NCBI RefSeq assembly: GCF_016056295.1
Contig: NZ_JAECZB010000024.1
Coordinates: 46,275-110,274, forward strand
DNA length: 64,000 bases
Source: Atlanticothrix silvestris CENA357
Lineage (GTDB): Bacteria; Cyanobacteriota; Cyanobacteriia; Cyanobacteriales; Nostocaceae
Direction of reading: 5' to 3'
How positions within the stretch are numbered: the stretch's first letter is position 1; each line of letters begins with the position of its first letter. The translations under genes were made by a program, and so were the position numbers. Under the pieces are notes generated by a model, which made no database searches, was not told the DNA's origin, and was given only the letters and a program-made list of their open reading frames with translations. Positions 61,194-64,000 of the stretch are shown piece after piece.

Positions 61194-63095
61194 ATGTGTA
61201 ATCTGGTTGATAACTCTGACAGGAAAATTTTGCTAATCCAAGAACGTTATCGTTTACTCAAGCAGATTGGTAAAGGGGGATTTTGTAAAACCTTTCTCGC
61301 AGTTGATGAAAGTCAGTTTCCCCCAATTCCTTGTATAGTGCAACAATTTTCGCCACGAAATGAAATACTAAAATTATTTGAGCAAAAAGCGCAATGCCTA
61401 AAAGAATTAGGTAAACATCCTCAAATTCCTGCTTTAGTAGCACATTTTCAAGATGATGAATATTTTTATTTAGTGCAGGAGTTTATTGAAGGCCTCAATT
61501 TAGCTCAAATAGTTGAACAAGAGGGTGCTTTCAATGAAAGTCAAATTTGGCAATTTTTAGTACATATATTGCCAGTTATAAAATTTATTAGCGATCGCAA
61601 TATTATTCATCGTGATATAAAACCAGAAAATATAATCCGCAGAGCTTCCGTAAAAAATAGAGAAGAGAGTTTAGTTTTAGTCGATTTTGGTGCTGCTAAA
61701 GTCTTCACTGAAATTGACCGACTAATTGGTGAACATAGTATTGGTAATGCAGAATATGCAGCACCAGAACAAGCAAAAGGAAAAGCAGTTTTTGCTAGTG
61801 ACCTTTATAGTTTGGGTGTAACTTGTATTTATTTACTTACTCAGATTGCTCCTTTTGATTTATTTTATGTTGCTAATGATTGCTGGGTTTGGCGACAATA
61901 TCTTACCACCAAAGTCAGTAACCGCTTAGCACAAATTCTTGATCGTCTTCTCCAAAATTCTGTTAGTCAGCGCTTTCAATCAGCAGATGAAGTTATGAAA
62001 GCGATGGGTATAGAGTCGAAAATTCAAAGTTTTACAGGACTTACGCAAAGTAATGGAAAAACGAACCGCCAAGGACGCAGAGAACACGAAGTTAAGAGGG
62101 TTTTAGAGAGTTATTGCGTAAGTCCTAGTTTTAAATTAATTCCCAGTCCTTTGTGGCAATGTTTACACACCCTAGCAGGAAATTCTGTTGCATTGGGTAG
62201 TGTCAATGCCCTGTCCATCAGTCCTGACGGTAAGACTTTAGCGAGTGGCGATGACAAAATCATCAGATTGTGGGATTTAAATATAAAAAAATTACTAGCT
62301 AGCCTATCAGCACATTCCCAAAATGTGACATCAGTTGCTTTCAGTCCTGATGGCAAAATCTTAGCCACCGCTAGCGACGATAAAACTATTAAATTGTGGG
62401 ATTTCAATACATTTCATGAAATTGCTACCTTATGTGGACATTCACACGCGGTCAAATCAGTTGCTTTCAGTCCAGATGGGCAAATTCTCGCTAGTGGTAG
62501 TTGGGATAAGAAAGTCATACTCTGGGATGTAAGTACTAATACAGAAATTACTAATCTCACAGGACACCAATTACAAGTGAGTTCGGTTGCTTTTAGTCCC
62601 CAAGGAAAATTTTTAGCCACTGCTAGTTTTGATAGAACGATTCGCCTATGGCAATTAAGAGCAACACAAGGGTCTGAAGGAAAATTTCAAAACCGCCCAT
62701 GTTGTACCTTGTTAGGCTCCCTTTTAGGGCATACACGGGCGGTTTTGACGATCGCATTTAGTCCAGATGGTAAAATTCTGGCCACAGGTAGCGATGATAA
62801 CACTATAAAATTGTGGGAAGTTAGTACTGGTCAGCTAATTACCACACTTTTAGGCCATTCTTGGTCAGTAGTAGCAATAGCTTTTACTGCCAATAGCGAA
62901 ACGGTAATTAGTGCCAGTTGGGACAAGACAGTTAAACTTTGGAGGGTAAGCACAGCAGAAGAACTTGCTACTCTCTTTGGTCATGTAGACTCAGTATCTG
63001 CCGTTGCTGTTAGCCAAGTTGCACCACTGATTGCTAGTGGTAGCAGGGATAAGACCATCAAACTGTGGCAACTTGTAGAACAGCAGGAAAGCTAA
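61194..63095 (+). CDS. Ser/Thr protein kinase with seven C-terminal WD40 repeats
   Basis: Kinase subdomains: GKGGFCKTFLA (Gly loop), HRDIKPENI (catalytic loop), DFG, APE. C-terminal repeats each ending in IKLWD/VKLWR/IRLWQ with SP/DG-containing cores. Confidence 0.88.
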   Translation: MCNLVDNSDRKILLIQERYRLLKQIGKGGFCKTFLAVDESQFPPIPCIVQQFSPRNEILKLFEQKAQCLKELGKHPQIPALVAHFQDDEYFYLVQEFIEGLNLAQIVEQEGAFNESQIWQFLVHILPVIKFISDRNIIHRDIKPENIIRRASVKNREESLVLVDFGAAKVFTEIDRLIGEHSIGNAEYAAPEQAKGKAVFASDLYSLGVTCIYLLTQIAPFDLFYVANDCWVWRQYLTTKVSNRLAQILDRLLQNSVSQRFQSADEVMKAMGIESKIQSFTGLTQSNGKTNRQGRREHEVKRVLESYCVSPSFKLIPSPLWQCLHTLAGNSVALGSVNALSISPDGKTLASGDDKIIRLWDLNIKKLLASLSAHSQNVTSVAFSPDGKILATASDDKTIKLWDFNTFHEIATLCGHSHAVKSVAFSPDGQILASGSWDKKVILWDVSTNTEITNLTGHQLQVSSVAFSPQGKFLATASFDRTIRLWQLRATQGSEGKFQNRPCCTLLGSLLGHTRAVLTIAFSPDGKILATGSDDNTIKLWEVSTGQLITTLLGHSWSVVAIAFTANSETVISASWDKTVKLWRVSTAEELATLFGHVDSVSAVAVSQVAPLIASGSRDKTIKLWQLVEQQES

Positions 63096-63105
63096 TTAGG
63101 CAATA

Positions 63106-63405
63106 TCAAGCACTACCTGTAAAAGCAACTTCGGGAAACTTCAACTGAGCTTCTGCCATTGGGCGATTTCTGCCTTCTTCTTGCCAGTAGTTAATCACTT
63201 CGGTTGCTTTATTAAGCAATTCGACGCGATCTACATCAGTAATCCAGTGTTTGGATTCCAGTTCCTTTTTTAACTCTTCCCAAGCATCATTTCTAGGCCA
63301 GAAAAAGTATTTAGTTAAAGGACTTGTGCCTTTGCCTACAATTTGATCGACTGCAAGGGCGACGTTTTCGTCTAACCACAGAATTTTCAGTATAAATTTG
63401 GTCAA
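63106..63405 (-). CDS. ycf65: Plastid-specific ribosomal protein 3 homolog (PSRP-3/Ycf65)
   Basis: [21 protein letters not shown]...[23 protein letters not shown] matches the conserved Ycf65 core. Confidence 0.7.
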   Translation of the reverse strand: MTKFILKILWLDENVALAVDQIVGKGTSPLTKYFFWPRNDAWEELKKELESKHWITDVDRVELLNKATEVINYWQEEGRNRPMAEAQLKFPEVAFTGSA

Positions 63406-63480
63406 TCACACCTCCGGGAAATATCCGGGCATTAATTACTAAGATTGCGATCGCTTATTTTAACGCAATACCTTACCAAA

Positions 63481-63535
63481 TGGGAAATCGGGCATGGGGA
63501 ATTGGCATTGGGCATTCGACTTGGGCATTATTTTA
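63481..63535. repeat. STRR-type heptamer repeat (GGGCATT/GGGGAAT family)
   Basis: aatcgggcatggggaattggcattgggcattcgacttgggcatta. The complementary copy at 63941-64000 (atgccccattccccatgccccattc) makes an inverted pair flanking the four-helix-bundle gene. Confidence 0.7.
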
Positions 63536-63566
63536 GGTATGGGGTGATTTGAATTAAGGAAATATT

Positions 63567-63932
63567 GTGAGGAGACCTGATTTTGAAGATTTGGAAGTTT
63601 ATAAACTTTCTGAAAGCTTAGCTAATGAAATTTGGCAGATTGTGAAGGAATGGGATAATTTCACTAAAGATACAGTGGGTAAGCAAATTGTGCGGTCTGC
63701 TGATAGTATTTGTGCGAATATACCTGAAGGTAGAGGTAGGTACAACGACCAAGACAATCGACGTTTTGTCAAGATTGCCAGAGGATCTTTGTACGAAACA
63801 GTTAGCTGGTTGAGATTAGCCTACGCTAGAAAGTTATTAACAAGTGAACATATAAACAAATTCAAACCTCTCCTTGATGATCTTTTACCCAAGCTCAATG
63901 CTTATCTAAAATGCATAGACAATAGACAATAG
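63567..63932 (+). CDS. Four-helix-bundle protein (23S rRNA intervening-sequence-protein family, TIGR02436-like)
   Basis: 121 aa. FEDLEVYKLSESLANEIWQIV ... RFVKIARGSLYETVSWLRLAYARKLL matches the family pattern. Confidence 0.7.
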   Translation: MRRPDFEDLEVYKLSESLANEIWQIVKEWDNFTKDTVGKQIVRSADSICANIPEGRGRYNDQDNRRFVKIARGSLYETVSWLRLAYARKLLTSEHINKFKPLLDDLLPKLNAYLKCIDNRQ

Positions 63933-63940
63933 AAAATAGG

Positions 63941-64000
63941 GAACAGGCAGTGAGAAATGGGCTACAGAATTTACCATGCCCCATTCCCCATGCCCCATTC
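63941..64000. repeat. STRR heptamer repeat (CCCCATT/CCCCATG), reverse complement of the 63481 array
   Basis: ccatgccccattccccatgccccattc at the window edge. Confidence 0.65.

Overview
This window looks like a chromosomal segment from a filamentous, heterocyst-forming cyanobacterium (Nostoc/Anabaena-like). The basis is the many HIP1 octamers (GCGATCGC) and the STRR-type tandem heptamer repeats. These form inverted long hairpins (GTCAGTG/TGGTCAG arrays followed by their reverse complement CAACTGA arrays) in intergenic 3' regions. Protein similarities throughout are judged by eye from motifs, not by database search. Housekeeping content includes: the str operon (rpsL-rpsG-fusA-tuf-rpsJ) with a near-consensus sigma70 promoter, ferredoxin-dependent glutamate synthase, dxr, atpD-atpC, the rne-rnhB pair, pheA, clpS, an IscA/HesB Fe-S carrier, a rubredoxin (54 aa, missed by the 60-aa ORF cutoff), a B12-binding radical-SAM protein, and PSRP-3/ycf65. 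Accessory content is more interesting. (1) A 13.7-24.1 kb gene cluster looks like a periplasmic glycosylation system that uses lipid-linked sugars. It has four GT-C-fold membrane glycosyltransferases (two PIG-V-like paralogs and two GT39/ArnT-like with DE motifs) plus a DUF2079-like membrane protein in the same array. It also has an ArnC-like GT2 polyprenyl-phosphate sugar synthase, an ArnE/F-like small flippase, and an ArnD-like NodB-family deacetylase. A fifth GT-C gene of the same kind lies outside the cluster at 41.3-43.1 kb. Inside the cluster there is an AT-rich two-gene compositional island. (2) A KNTase/Lnu-like nucleotidyltransferase has elevated GC. (3) A secreted TPR-CHAT caspase-like protease sits next to a Uma2 nuclease. 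(4) An orphan ParD antitoxin sits next to a Ser/Thr-kinase-WD40 protein. The window also holds a flotillin, a PEP-CTERM protein, and a CPBP protease/ClpS/SRPBCC group. (5) Two families of structured non-coding repeats occur: STRR inverted heptamer modules at more than 8 loci, and a GTAGAGACG...CGTCTC palindrome at 3 gene 3' ends. There is also a 1.5 kb non-coding AT-rich region with a nested-hairpin element. No CRISPR array, tRNA, rRNA or transposase is evident.
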